NCBI GenBank assembly: GCA_965203485.1
Contig: OZ241892.1
Span: forward strand, 1,472,001-1,536,000
DNA from: Longimicrobiales bacterium
GTDB taxonomy: Bacteria; Gemmatimonadota; Gemmatimonadetes; Longimicrobiales; Gaopeijiaceae
Direction: 5' to 3'
DNA length: 64,000 bases
Below are positions 24,701 through 30,600 of this stretch, piece by piece. Made by a program: the position numbers and the translations under genes. Numbering within the stretch: position 1 is the stretch's first letter; each line of letters starts with the position of its first letter. The notes below the pieces were generated by a model that did not search any database, was not told the origin of the DNA, and saw only the letters and a list, made by a program, of their open reading frames with translations.

Positions 24701-27693
24701 TCCGCGTCCGACGGCTGCACCGTGTACTCGAACGTCAGCGTCTTCGTTCTGGTGCCCCTCAGGAAGCTCGCCTGCCGCGTCTGCGTCCCCAGCGTCAGCG
24801 CCAACCCCAGACGGTGCGAGTTCGTCACCGCCACCACCCGGTCGAAGGCGACCTCAACTCTGATCTTCTCCGACCGCTTGTAGGTGGTCCCGTCCGCCGG
24901 CGTGCTCCCGATCTGCACGCCGACCACCGCCGGGGCCTTCTCCATGCTGCCGTCCACCTTGTGGCCCGCGGCGTCGGCAATCGCGTTCGCGCCCAGCCCG
25001 AGCGCGGCGGCCGTGGCTCCGTCGCGCAAGTCCACGATCGTGCCGCCGTTCAGCGTCAGCGCGCTCGCGCCGATGCTCAGCCCGTCCGCGTCCGCGTCCG
25101 ACGCCGCCACGACGTAGCGGAACGTCAGCGTCGCCGTGCCCGAGCCCAAGACGAAGTTGGCCTGGCGGGTCTGCGAACCGATCGTCAGCGCCAGCCGCGG
25201 CGTCCTCCTCACGTTCACCGGGCGGCCGAACGTCACCTGGACCGTGATCTCCTCGCCGAGGCCGTAGGTCGATGCGCTGTCGGGGCTGCTGACAAGCGCA
25301 ACGCCCGTCACCGCAGGCGCCCTCAACGCGCCGCCCGCCACCTTGTGGCCCGCGCTGTTGGTCACCGCTCGGCTGCCCAGGCCCAGCAACGCGTTGATCG
25401 TGCCCCCTGCGAGCCGAATCGTGCCGCCGTTCAGCCCCAGCGCGCTCGCACCGACGCTGATCCCGTCCGCGTCGGCGTCGCCCGTCGCCACCACGTAGCG
25501 GAAGACCAGCGACGCCGTGCCCGTTCCGCCGGCGTACGCCGCCTGCCGCGCGACCGCGCCGATCGTCAGCGCCAGCTGCGGCGCGCCCGTCACGTCCACC
25601 GCCTTGTTGAACGTCACCGTCGCAACAATTGTGTCGCCCCGCTCGAAGGTGTCGCCCACCGGCGGCGAGCCCAAGACCAGGCCGGCGACGCCCGGCGGAC
25701 CCTGGCTGGCGTCCACCTTGTGGGCGGCGGCGTTCGCGATCGCATGCGCGCCCAGCCCCAGGGCCGCGTTGGTCGACGTCCCGCTCCGGATCGTGCCGCC
25801 GTTCAGCGACAGCGCGCTCGCGCCCACGCCGATCCCGTCCGAGTCCGAGTCGCCGGCTTCCACCGTGTAGCTGAACGTCAGCGAGTCCGCGCCGCTTCCG
25901 GCGGCGTAGGACGCCTGCCGCGTCCGGGTCCCGATCGTCAGCGCCAGCTGCGGCGTGCCGGTCACCGTGACGGCGATCTGGAAGCCCACCTGGACCGTGA
26001 TCGTCTCGCCGATCTCGTAAGTGTCCCCGCTCGCCGGAGAGCTGGTGATCGCGACGGCGTTCACCACCGGCACCGTCGTCGTCCCGTCCACCTTGTGGCC
26101 GCTCGCGTCGGCGATCGTGTGCGCGCCCAACCCCAGCGCCGCGTTGGTCCCCGTTTGGCTCCGGATCGTGCCGCCGTTCAGCGCCAGCGCGCTCGCGCCC
26201 ACGCCGATGCCGTCGCTGTCGGCGTCCGCCACCGTGGTCGTGTAGGCGAAGGAGAGCGTCTTGCTGCCGCTTCCGCCGACGTAGGACGCCTGCCGCGTCT
26301 GGGCGCCGATCGTCAGCGCCAGCTGCGGGGCGCCCGTCACCGCCACAGGCGTCGTGAACGCGATCTCGACCGTGATCGCTTCGGCGGCGCCGTACGTGTC
26401 TCCGGTTGCGGGAGCGCTGGCGATCGTCGCCCGGCTCACTGCCGGAACCGTCGCCGTGGCGCCGTTCACCTTGTGGCCGCTCGCGTTGGCAATCGCGTGC
26501 GTGCCCAGACCCAGCACCGCCGACGCGCCGAAGCTGCTGCCGATCGTGCCGCTGTTCAGTGCCAGCGCGCTCGCGCCGATGCCGATGCCGTCGTTGTCCG
26601 CGTCCGCCGACTGCACCACGTACTCGAAGGCGAGGGTTCGCGTCCCGCCGCCGCTTCGGTACGCCGCTTGGCGCGTCTGGGCGCCGATCGTCAGCGCCAG
26701 CTGCGGCGCGCCCGTCACGTCCACTGCGATGTCGAAGCCGACCGTCACATCGATCCGCTCGCCGGCGCCGTAGGTGTCCCCGCTCGCCGGCGAACTGGCG
26801 ACGGCGACGGCGTTCACGGTCGGCGGAGTGGCCGTGGCGCCGTTCACCTTGTGGCCGCTCGCGTTGGCAATCGCGTGCGTGCCCAGGCCCAGCGCCGCGT
26901 TCGTCCCCGCTCCGCTCCGGATCGTCCCGCCGTTCAGGGTCAACGCGCTCGCGCCGATGCTGATCCCGTCGGCGTCCACGTTGGCGGTCTGCACGACGTG
27001 CTCGAAGACGAGCGTCCCGGAGCCGCTCCCCCGAACGTACTGGGCCTGGACGGTCGAGGCGCCGACCGTCAGCGCCAGCTGCGGCGTCCCCGTCACCGTC
27101 GCCGGTATCTGGAAGCCCACCTCCACCGTGATCGTCTCGCCCGCGCCGTACGTGTCCCCGCTCGCCGGAGCACTCGCGATCGTCACCGCGTTCACCGCCG
27201 GAACCGTCGCCGCCCCGTCCACCTTGTGGCTGCTCGCGTTCGCGATCGCGTTCGTGCCCAAGCCCAGCGCCGCATCCGTCCCCGCTCCGCTCTGGATCGT
27301 CCCGCCGTTCAGCGCCAAAGCGCTCGCGCCCACGCCGATCCCGTCCGAGTCCGCGTCCGTCGCCACTACCTCGTAGCTGAACGTCAGCGTCTTCGTCCCG
27401 CTCCCGCTCGCGTACTCCGCCTGCCGCGTCTGCGAACCCACCGTCAGCGCCAGCTGCGGCGTCCCCGTCACCGTCGCCGGAATCTGGAAGCCCACCTCCA
27501 CCGTGATCGTCTCGCCCGCGCCGTACGTGTCCCCGCTCGCCGGCGTGCTCGCGATCGTCACCGCGTTCACCGTCGGCGCCGTCGCCGCCCCGTCCACCTT
27601 GTGGCTGCCCGCGTTGGCGATCGCGTTCGCGCCCAGGCCCAGCGCCGCGTTCGTCCCCGCACCGCTTTGGATCGTGCCGCCGTTCAGCGCCAA
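5524..27693 (-). CDS. Giant autotransporter adhesin, C-terminal portion: ~49 Ig-like repeats, 4 cadherin domains, one further Ig-like domain, beta-barrel. Same gene as 27684..36800.
   Basis: 7389-aa ORF that starts mid-repeat. Repeats carry VTGTPQLAL, DxDxDG and LNGGTI; cadherin motifs FELAEN, DPDEG, DYE, DVNEAP; YFRDPDGDAL domain; barrel strands WTVWGR, HLGADYRF, VHPYVHW. Confidence 0.9.
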   Translation of the reverse strand: MALNGGTIQSGAGTNAALGLGANAIANAGSHKVDGAATAPTVNAVTIASTPASGDTYGAGETITVEVGFQIPATVTGTPQLALTVGSQTRQAEYASGSGTKTLTFSYEVVATDADSDGIGVGASALALNGGTIQSGAGTDAALGLGTNAIANASSHKVDGAATVPAVNAVTIASAPASGDTYGAGETITVEVGFQIPATVTGTPQLALTVGASTVQAQYVRGSGSGTLVFEHVVQTANVDADGISIGASALTLNGGTIRSGAGTNAALGLGTHAIANASGHKVNGATATPPTVNAVAVASSPASGDTYGAGERIDVTVGFDIAVDVTGAPQLALTIGAQTRQAAYRSGGGTRTLAFEYVVQSADADNDGIGIGASALALNSGTIGSSFGASAVLGLGTHAIANASGHKVNGATATVPAVSRATIASAPATGDTYGAAEAITVEIAFTTPVAVTGAPQLALTIGAQTRQASYVGGSGSKTLSFAYTTTVADADSDGIGVGASALALNGGTIRSQTGTNAALGLGAHTIADASGHKVDGTTTVPVVNAVAITSSPASGDTYEIGETITVQVGFQIAVTVTGTPQLALTIGTRTRQASYAAGSGADSLTFSYTVEAGDSDSDGIGVGASALSLNGGTIRSGTSTNAALGLGAHAIANAAAHKVDASQGPPGVAGLVLGSPPVGDTFERGDTIVATVTFNKAVDVTGAPQLALTIGAVARQAAYAGGTGTASLVFRYVVATGDADADGISVGASALGLNGGTIRLAGGTINALLGLGSRAVTNSAGHKVAGGALRAPAVTGVALVSSPDSASTYGLGEEITVQVTFGRPVNVRRTPRLALTIGSQTRQANFVLGSGTATLTFRYVVAASDADADGLSIGASALTLNGGTIVDLRDGATAAALGLGANAIADAAGHKVDGSMEKAPAVVGVQIGSTPADGTTYKRSEKIRVEVAFDRVVAVTNSHRLGLALTLGTQTRQASFLRGTRTKTLTFEYTVQPSDADSDGLSIGASALTLNGGRANSGAIRIAGGTANALLGLGTHAISNSASHKVDGSRIVSPSVDEVAIGGRRVGDTYELGQFIIIFLIFDREVVVTGAPQVALRVGTQTRQAEYFTGSTDQLTFTYVVQASDVDADGISMDANALTLNGGTIASAVDSTTAANLATQAFAPGANYKVNGAQTTQPSVTTVAFGDLPTGQTYELGDEVVVSVGFDRVIEVTGTPQLALTIGAETRQASFDELARLGDILRFSYVVRPPDADSNGISIGANALTLNGGTIRLGGSATVNANLGLGAHAIVDDANRKVDSNLGPPGVSGLALNSPVADDTYGLGDVIEATVTFNKAVDVTGTPQLALGIGAVTRQASYASGTGTASLVFRYTVVAADADSVGLSIGASALTLNGGTIDVAGGTTDALLELGGHAVSNSASHKVDGALDRPTVTDLVVGSPPTGDTFERNDSIAVTVTFNKAVDVTGTPQLALGIGAATKQASYASGTGTASLVFRYLVVPGDVDADGLSIGASALSLNGGAIDIAGGTTDALLGLGSHAVSNSTGHKVAGNRFTTSSASGVTVASSPASGDTYGLGEQIEVEVSFVRPVVVTGTPQLALGIGTDTVQADYASGTGTTTLTFRHAVAVGDADSDGISVDASALTLNGGTINDVRGGTSFAAGLGLSAHAIANAAAHKVDASRGAAGVTGVSIGAPVVGDTFERGDTVAVTVTFNKAVDVTGAPQLALTIGAVTRQASYASGTGTASLVFRYVVVQADADADGLSIGASALGLNGGTIRVAGETTDALLGLGSHAVSNSAGHKVAGGTLTGPAPSGVAIASVPSSDSTYGRTERIEVEVTFARPVVVTGTPQLALTIGTQTRQASYASGSGTKALAFRYTVQGTDRDSTGIGVGASALALNGGTIADARDGTTAAALGLGAHAVSDAAAHKVDGSLGTPGVIGVSFADDPYNSEYERGDAIDVRVLFSRAVAVTGAPRLALGIGSQTRQAAYASGTGTDTLVFRYVVVQSDRDIDGISIGASALGLNGGTIRAAGTTMDAVLGLGSHAIANSSGHQVNGSLFTGLAVEDVHVRSVPASDSTYKLGERIELEVLFQRAVVVTGTPQLALGIGSATRQASYAGGSGTKRLRFRYAVAAADVDADGISLSGSALALNGGAIDDARAGGTAAGLGTSASVFSNDAAHKVNGGVGAPSVSALGIGAPVVGDVFERGDTIVATVEFNAAVAVTGTPQLALGIGSATRQAGYASGTGTASLVFRYVVVAADADADGLSIGASALALNGGTIRRTGTTTNALLGLGGHAVTNSAGHKVAGGTFTASAVSGVAIASVPGSDSTYVRTERIEVEVSFARPVTVTGAPQLALGIGSQTRQAEYASGSGTKTLAFRYAVQAADSDSDGISIGASALALNGGTIADARDGATAAGLGLGSHAIANAAAHKVNGARGPPGVSGLSIGSPVVGDVFERGDTIAVTVTFTDSVDVTGTPRLALGIGSATRQASYASGTGTASLVFRYVVASGDADADGLSIGASALALNGGTIDVAGGTTDALLGLGSHAVSNSTSHKVAGGTFTAAAVSAVTIASEPASDSTYAETEEIAVEVSFNRRVTVTGTPQLALAIDTLTRQAEYAGGTGTATLTFAYQVVVADADSTGISIGASALGLNGGTIADARDGTTAASLGLGSNAIADAAAHKVDGSLPPPVTRATGAPEARGLAIGAPAVGDVFERGETIEVELVFHRAVDVTGTPQLALTIGAATRQASYASGTGTDTLVFRYVVASGDADADGISIAASALALNGGTIRASGEALDAELDLGAYAVANSGGHKVAGGTFTTPAVSAVTISSTPASASTYQLGERIEVKVAFGRPVAVTGAPELALTIGSRTRQASWESATSVADTLVFGYAIRPADADTDGLSIGASALGLNGGTIADVRAGAAAASLGLGSHAIADAAAHKVDGSLGPPGVTHLSVTAPLSAQTFERGDTIFASVRFNKAVDVGGTPQLALGIGSATRQAAYASGTGATELEFRYVVVQSDADADGLSIAANALGLNGGTIDVAGGTTDALLSLEHVAISNASGFRVAGGTFTAPAVTWAGISSAPSDGSTYELGEQIGVTVTFNRNVTVTGAPELALGIGAQTRQAAYVAAASGNRELEFRYTVAAGDADADGLSVGASALALNGGTIVDPRDGTTAAALGLGASAIANSAGHAVDGSRGPPGVSGVSIAAPPAGDVFERGDTIAATVTFNKAVDVGGAPRLALAIGTQTRQAGYASGSGTASLVFRYVVVQADADADGLSIAAGALALNGGTIDVAGGTTDAVLGLGGHAIANSTNHKVAGGTFTASSVSGVTITSSPASGDTYGLGEEIEVEVTFVRPVNVTGTPQLALGIGTDTVQADYGSGTGTKTLAFSYAVAASDADGDGLSIAAGALALNGGTIVDARDGSTAASLGLGTNAIANAASHKVDGAQGPPGVTALSVASPVVGDVFERGDTIAATVVFNKAVDVTGTPQLALTIGSATRQASYAGGTGTASLVFRYVVVQADADADGLSIAAGALALNGGTIDVAGGTTDALLGLGPSAVANSAGHKVAGGTFTAASVSGVAITSAPASDSTYGRTERIEVEVTFNRRVAVTGTPQLALTVGAQTRQASYASGSGTATLAFGYTVAAADADSDGIGIAAGALALNGGGIADARDGATAAALGLGSNAVANAAAHKVDGSRGPPGVTGLSISSPAVGDVFERGETIEVELVFNRSVDVGGTPRLALAIGSATRQASYAAGTGTDTLVFRYVVASGDADADGLSIAAGALALNGGTIKVAGGTLDAALGLGARAVTNSGGHKVAGGTFTAASVSGVTVSSAPASASTYQLGERIEVKVAFGRPVAVTGTPRLALGIGTRTRQASWEAASSTADTLVFGYAVRPADADTDGLSIGASALALNGGTIADARDASEAAALGLGSNAVTNDASHKVNGSLGPPGVVGLTVAAPLVGAAFERGDTVVATVTFNKAVDATGTPQLALSIGTQTRQAGYASGTGTTALVFRYVVVAADADADGLSIAASALALNGGTIDVAGGTTDALLSLERHAIGNDGALRVSGATFTAASASGVTISSSPASDSTYGRTERIEVEVTFDRNVAVTGTPQLALTIGAQTRQASYASGTGTKTLAFGYAVVAADADANGISIGPAALALNGGTIADARDASEAAGLGLGSSAIANAAAHKVDGNQGPPGVTGLVVAPPPAGDVFERGDAIAATVTFNRAVAVTGTPQLALAIGTQTRQASYASGSGTTSLVFQYTVVTADADADGLSIGTSALALNGGTIRLSGGTLDATLGLGAHAVTNSGGHKVAGGTFTAASVSGVTISSAPSSGDTYGLGERIEVEVTFARPVNVTGTPQLALTMGAATRQADHASGGGTKTLTFGYEVVAGDADSDGVSVGASALALNGGTISDARDGSTAASLGLGSSAIANAAPHKVDGAQGPPGVTGLLIGAPQVGDTFERGETIEVKVAFNKAVAVTGTPQLQLRFASGSKQADYASGTGTDTLVFRYVVAAADADADGLGIGASDLRLNGGTIRRSGTATDAVLGLGSHAVIRSTGHKVAGGTFTASAASGVAITSAPSSDSTYGRTEVIEAEVSFTRPVAVTGAPQLALGVGSQTRQAAYASGSGTTALAFRYVVAAADADTDGISVAASALALNGGTINDARGGTTAAGLGLGSSAISNAAAHKVDGSRGPPGVTALSIGSPAVGDVFERGETIEVELVFNRAVDVGGAPQLALAIGSATRQASYASGTGTDTLAFRYVVASGDADSDGISIAAGALSLSGGTIRVAGGTLDATLGLGGHAVTNSAGHKVAGGTFTTPAVTAVAVSSAPASASTYQLGESVEVKLAFSRPVAVTGTPRLALGIGTATRQADYDSASSSADTLVFGYAIRPADVDADGLSIAAGALALNGGTIADARPGATAASLGLGSHAITNAAAHKVNGGLGPPGVTGLAVASPPAGAVFERGDTIVATVRFNKAVDVTGTPQLALGIGTQTRQAAYASGTGTAALVFRYVVATADADADGLSVGASALALNGGTIDVAGGTTDALLSLERHAIGNDGALRVSGATFTASSVSGVSVTSSPASDSTYGRTERIEVEVTFDRAVAVTGTPQLALTIGAQTRQASYASGTGTKTLAFGYVVVAADADANGLSIGPAALALNGGAIDDARDASEAAGLGLGSHAISNAAAHKVNGNLGPPGVTGVTLGSPPVGTTFERGDTIVATLAFNRSVDVTGAPQLALGIGSATKQAVYASGSGTSSLEFRYVVVTADVDADGLSVATTALGLNGGTVRLAGGTLDATLGLGTHAISNSAGHKVAGGTFTASGVTGVAVASSPASGATYGLGERIEVRVTFARAVAVTGTPQLALSFGAATRQADYAGGTGTPQLSFGYVVVAGDADSDGLSIGASALALNGGGIADGRDGSTAAALGLGSNAVADAAGHRVDATRGPPGVMGVTIGSPTVGDTFERGDTVEVEVEFNKPVSVTGAPQLALGIGAATKQAGYAGGSGTAALAFRYVVVSADADADGLSVAAGALALNGGTIKVSGGTADALLGLGAHAVANSAGHKVAGGTFTASSPSAASVTSAPASGDTYGLGERIEVRVTFARPVVVTGAPQLALGIGSATKQAGYAGGSGTRALVFGYVVASADADADGISVGASALSLNGGAIADARDGSTAAGLGLGSSAIANAGAHKVDGSVEGAPAVAGARLASAPSGGGSYGLGEEIRVAVRFDRAVAVTGTPELALGIGAATRQAGYAGGSGTSELEFAYVVQAADADSDGISVGAGALSLSGGTLVVAGGTAAAVLSLGSHAIVNASGHAVAGTLEAAPVVTGARLVSSPANGSAYGLSERIAVALAFSRPVDVAGAPQLALGIGSATRQAGYASGSGTAELVFGYVVAGADADADGVSVAAAALALNGGTIVIAGGRVAAVLSLGTHALSNVAGHLVDGSAETAPAVAGVVLASAPIGGGRYELGEEIRVHVRFDRAVAVTGSPQLALTIGAQTRTARFVRVVGYGAAARAGWAGVAAGYAGAGWAGGSAGGAGGSAGALGATQGAALEFAYAVQAADADADGLSVGAGALSLNGGAITLLGGTAAAGLSLGGHALTNVGGHLVDGSVVSPPAVAGVEASRPQSGGRWRAGQTIEIAVVFDRPVSVTGGPRLALAMGTRTVHAALASASGRRVEFAYEVRPHDRAPNGIALAAGALDASGAAIVSAADGSTPAALSLGSHAFASDPTRRVEGGGGEPEPGRPPKFSAESYAFELAENVAGAVVVGAVSAVDPDEGDEVYYRLREGGGGLFEVGETSGEVSYVGAGEDYEAGPREHALVVSAADVGGLASTVRVTVKVTNANEAPAFERASWTFELAENAAGPIVLGTVSATDPDEGEALSYSLVSGGGGLFELDVASGAVRYVGAGEDYETGPREHALAVAVADAGGLRAAAGVVIAVADADEAPVFERASWTFELAENAAGPVVLGTVSATDPDEGEALSYSLVSGGGGLFELDASSGAVSYVGTGEDYETGPREHALVVAATGADGLAARAAVVVTVADVNEAPVFEQASWTFELAENAAGPLAVGAVAADDEDEGDVLSYSLVSGGGGLFELDAASGAVRYVGAGEDYETGPREHALVVAATDRGGLAATANATVVVTDVNEAPEATAQIAIPALEAHGAAVQETLDAYFRDPDGDALAYAAESSDTAVAAASVAGGVLTIQPFAIGTASVTVTAADPGGLAAEQTVAVVVEASRSERARVLEGALAAFGRSVGAEAVDVIGGRLGIESAGGLGRSHLQLGGRSIACDGGAATGVAQRAGAAVETSGATLAGAVTGTGARACGWRALARAAPGLLGVQIALPSAGGMGGAQDAGPLDPAALLFGAPGAGAGGFGGLDMGGDYRGQQEPAAAAPGGVTFNPLSGSDLLERSSFQLSLGGGAASDSGAFGAQDAAGLRPGWTVWGRAGMGGYEGRPADGLRFDGGRARSAHLGADYRFASGLLVGVAGARNSFETEFESAVNGAGSVAASLTSVHPYVHWSPTGGLGLWALAGAGTGDATLEETAGGRFGADIAMLMGALGARRELAGGIALKADAFSVRVRSDDAADLAGVTARAHRVRLAPEVAKTWALGGEASLRTRLELGARLDAGDAETGLGAEAGGEASFDHAPTGLSVAMRGRALLAHQAEGLREWGAGVSLRLQPGGGAENGLSLSVEPAWGAGAGATGELWRQGAAALEPAVQTAPTAAPSGWAPGRMAMELGWGVALDNGATITPFGRWSQDAGAGQRFNAGARFSLLGKSGPSSAHTGIHSPATGPAESLRFLLHLYGEHASSPLESPQRRLGLAGAIRIRQ
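7590..8806 (-). repeat. Four tandem cadherin domains (~300-nt period)
   Basis: Four copies of PxF...FELAEN...DPDEG/DEDEG...GEDYExGPREHAL...[DN]x[ND]EAP. Confidence 0.9.
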
Positions 27694-30600
27694 AGCGTCT
27701 GCGAACCCACCGTCAGCGCCAGCTGCGGCGTCCCCGTCACCGTCGCCGGAATCTGGAAGCCCACCTCCACCGTGATCGTCTCGCCCGCGCCGTACGTGTC
27801 CCCGCTCGCCGGCGTGCTCGCGATCGTCACCGCGTTCACCGTCGGCGCCGTCGCCGCCCCGTCCACCTTGTGGCTGCCCGCGTTGGCGATCGCGTTCGCG
27901 CCCAGGCCCAGCGCCGCGTTCGTCCCCGCACCGCTTTGGATCGTGCCGCCGTTCAGCGCCAAAGCACTCGCGCCCACGCCGATCCCGTCCGAGTCCGCGT
28001 CCGTCGCCACTACCTCGTAGCTGAACGTCAGCGTCTTCGTCCCGCTCCCGCTCGCGTACTCCGCCTGCCGCGTCTGCGCCCCCACCGTCAGCGCCAGCCG
28101 CGGCGTCCCCGTCACCGTCGCCGGTATCCGGAAGCCCACCTCCACCGTGATCGTCTCGCCCGCGCCGTACGTGTCCCCGCTCGCAGGCGTGCTCGCGATC
28201 GTCAGCGTGTTCACCGCCGGAACCGTCGCCGCGCCGTTCACCTTGTGGCCGCTCGCGTTCGCGATTGCGTTCGTGCCCAGCCCCAGCGCCGCGTTCGTCC
28301 CCGCCCCGCTTTGGATCGTGCCGCCGTTCAGCGCCAAAGCGCTCGCCCCGACGCCGATCCCGTCCGAGTCCGCGTCCGTCGCCGCCACCTCGTAGCTGAA
28401 CGTCAGCGTCTTCGTCCCGCTCCCGCTCGCGTACCCCGCCTGCCGCGTCTGCGCCCCCACCGTCAGCGCCAGCTGCGGCGCCCCCGTCACCGTCGCCGGA
28501 ATCTGGAAGCCCACCTCCACCGTGATCGTCTCGCCCGCGCCGTACGTGTCCCCGCTCGCAGGCGTGCTCGCGATCGTCAGCGTGTTCACCGCCGGAACCG
28601 TCGCCGCGCCGTTCACCTTGTGGCCGCTCGCGTTCGCGATTGCGTTCGCGCCCAGGCCCAGCACCGCGTTCGTCCCCGCCCAGTTCCGGACCGTGCCGCC
28701 GTTCAGCGTCAGGGCAGCGGCGGCGACGCCGATCCCGTTCGCGTCCGCGTCCGTCGCCACCGTCGCGTAGTCGAACGTCAGGACGCGGGTCCCGCTGCCG
28801 CCCGCGTAGCCGGCCTGCCGGGTCCGCGTCCCGATCGTCAGCGCCAGCTGCGGCGCCCCGGTCACCACGACCGGGATCCGGAAGCCGATCTGCACCGCGA
28901 TCTTCTCGGCGGCGCCGTAGGTGTCGCCCGTCGCAGGCGTGCTCGTGACCGACGCCGCGTTCACCGTGGGCGCCGTCGTCGTTCCCGCCACTTTGTGAGC
29001 CGCCGCGTTCGAGATCGCATGCGTTCCCAAGGTCAGCGTGGCATAGGCGCCGCTCCCGCTCCGGATCGTCCCGCCGTTCAGCGCAAGCGCGAGGTCGCCG
29101 ATGCTGATGCCGTCGGCGTCCGCGTCCGCGTCCGTCACCGCGTAGCGGAACGTCAGCGTCGCCGTCCCGCTTCCGCTGGCGTAGGCCGCCTGGCGCGTCG
29201 CGCTGCCGATCGAGAGCGCCAACTGCGGCGTCCCCGTCACCGTGGCCGCAACGGTGAAGCCCACCTGCACCGAGATCGTGTCGCCCGCCGCGTAGGTGCT
29301 GTCGTTCCCGGCGCTGCTGCTGATCGTCACCGCGTTCGGCATCGGAATCGACGCCCGGTTGTCGCTCGCGGCATCGACCTTGTGGTCGACGAGGTCCGCG
29401 GTCTTCACGCGTTCATACTCTTTGCTCGTGTCCAGGCTGTTGCCCGACGCGACGCTGCTGATCGATCCAGCGAGGTCGGTGAACGTGCCCGGGACGGCAA
29501 CGCCGTTGTCGTCTTTGTCCCCCGCTTGGACCGTGTAGCGGAACTCCAGCTCCGTCGTGCCCGTGCCCGAAGCGTACGACGCCAGCCGCGTCGCCGTCCC
29601 GATCTCAAGCCCCAGCTGCGGCGTCCCCGTCACCGCCACCAGCTCGTTGAAGACCACCCGCAACCTGATCGTCTCGCCGACCCCGTACGAGTCTCCAACC
29701 CCTGGGCGGCTGACGATCGAGCCTCCCGTCACTTCCGGAGCGCCGCCTCCTTGCCGACCGTCCACCGTGTGGCCCGACGCCGCCGTGATCGCGTGGCTGC
29801 CGAGTCCCAAGGCCGCGCTGGCGCCCGCCCTGCTCCGGATCGCACCGCCGTTCAGCGTCAGCGCGCTCGCGCCGACCCCGATCCCGTCCCCGTCCAGGTC
29901 CGACTGGCCAACCGTGTAGCGGAACGCCAGCGTCGCCGTGCCCGATCCGCCCGCGTAGGCCGCCTGTCTCGTCGCCGCGCCGATCGTCAACGCCAGCCGG
30001 GGCGCGCCCGTCACCCTCACAGGCAGGCTGAAGCCGACCTGCACCTCGATCGTCTCGCCCCGTCCGTACAAGCCGACGTTCCGCACTTGAAGCAGCGGCG
30101 TGCTCGCGACCCTCACGGCCGTCACCGTCGGCGCGGTCGCCCTGCCGTCCACCTTGTGGCCCGCGGCGTTCGCGATCGCGTGGGCGCCCAGGCCCAGCAA
30201 CGCGTCCGTTCCCCTGCCGCTCCGGATCGTCCCGCCGTTCAGCGCCAGCGCGCTCGCGGCGATCCCGATCCCGTCCGTGTCCGTGTCCGTCGCCACCGTC
30301 GTGTAGCTGAACGCCAGCGTGTCCGTCCCGCTTCCGCCGGCGAGGGCGGCCTGCCGCGTCTCGGGCCCCACCGTCAGCGCCAGCTGGGGCGCGCCCGTCA
30401 CCACGACCGGAACCTGGAACACGACGTGCACGGTGATCGTCTCGCCTGCGCCGTAGGCGTCGCCGCTCGCCGGGCTGCTCGCGATCGAGACTCCGGTCAC
30501 CGTCGGGACCGCCGGGGTCCCGATCACCTTGTGGCCGGAGGCGTTGGCGATCGCGTGCGCGCCCAGGCCCAAGCTCGCCGCCGTGGCGCTGCTCCGGACG

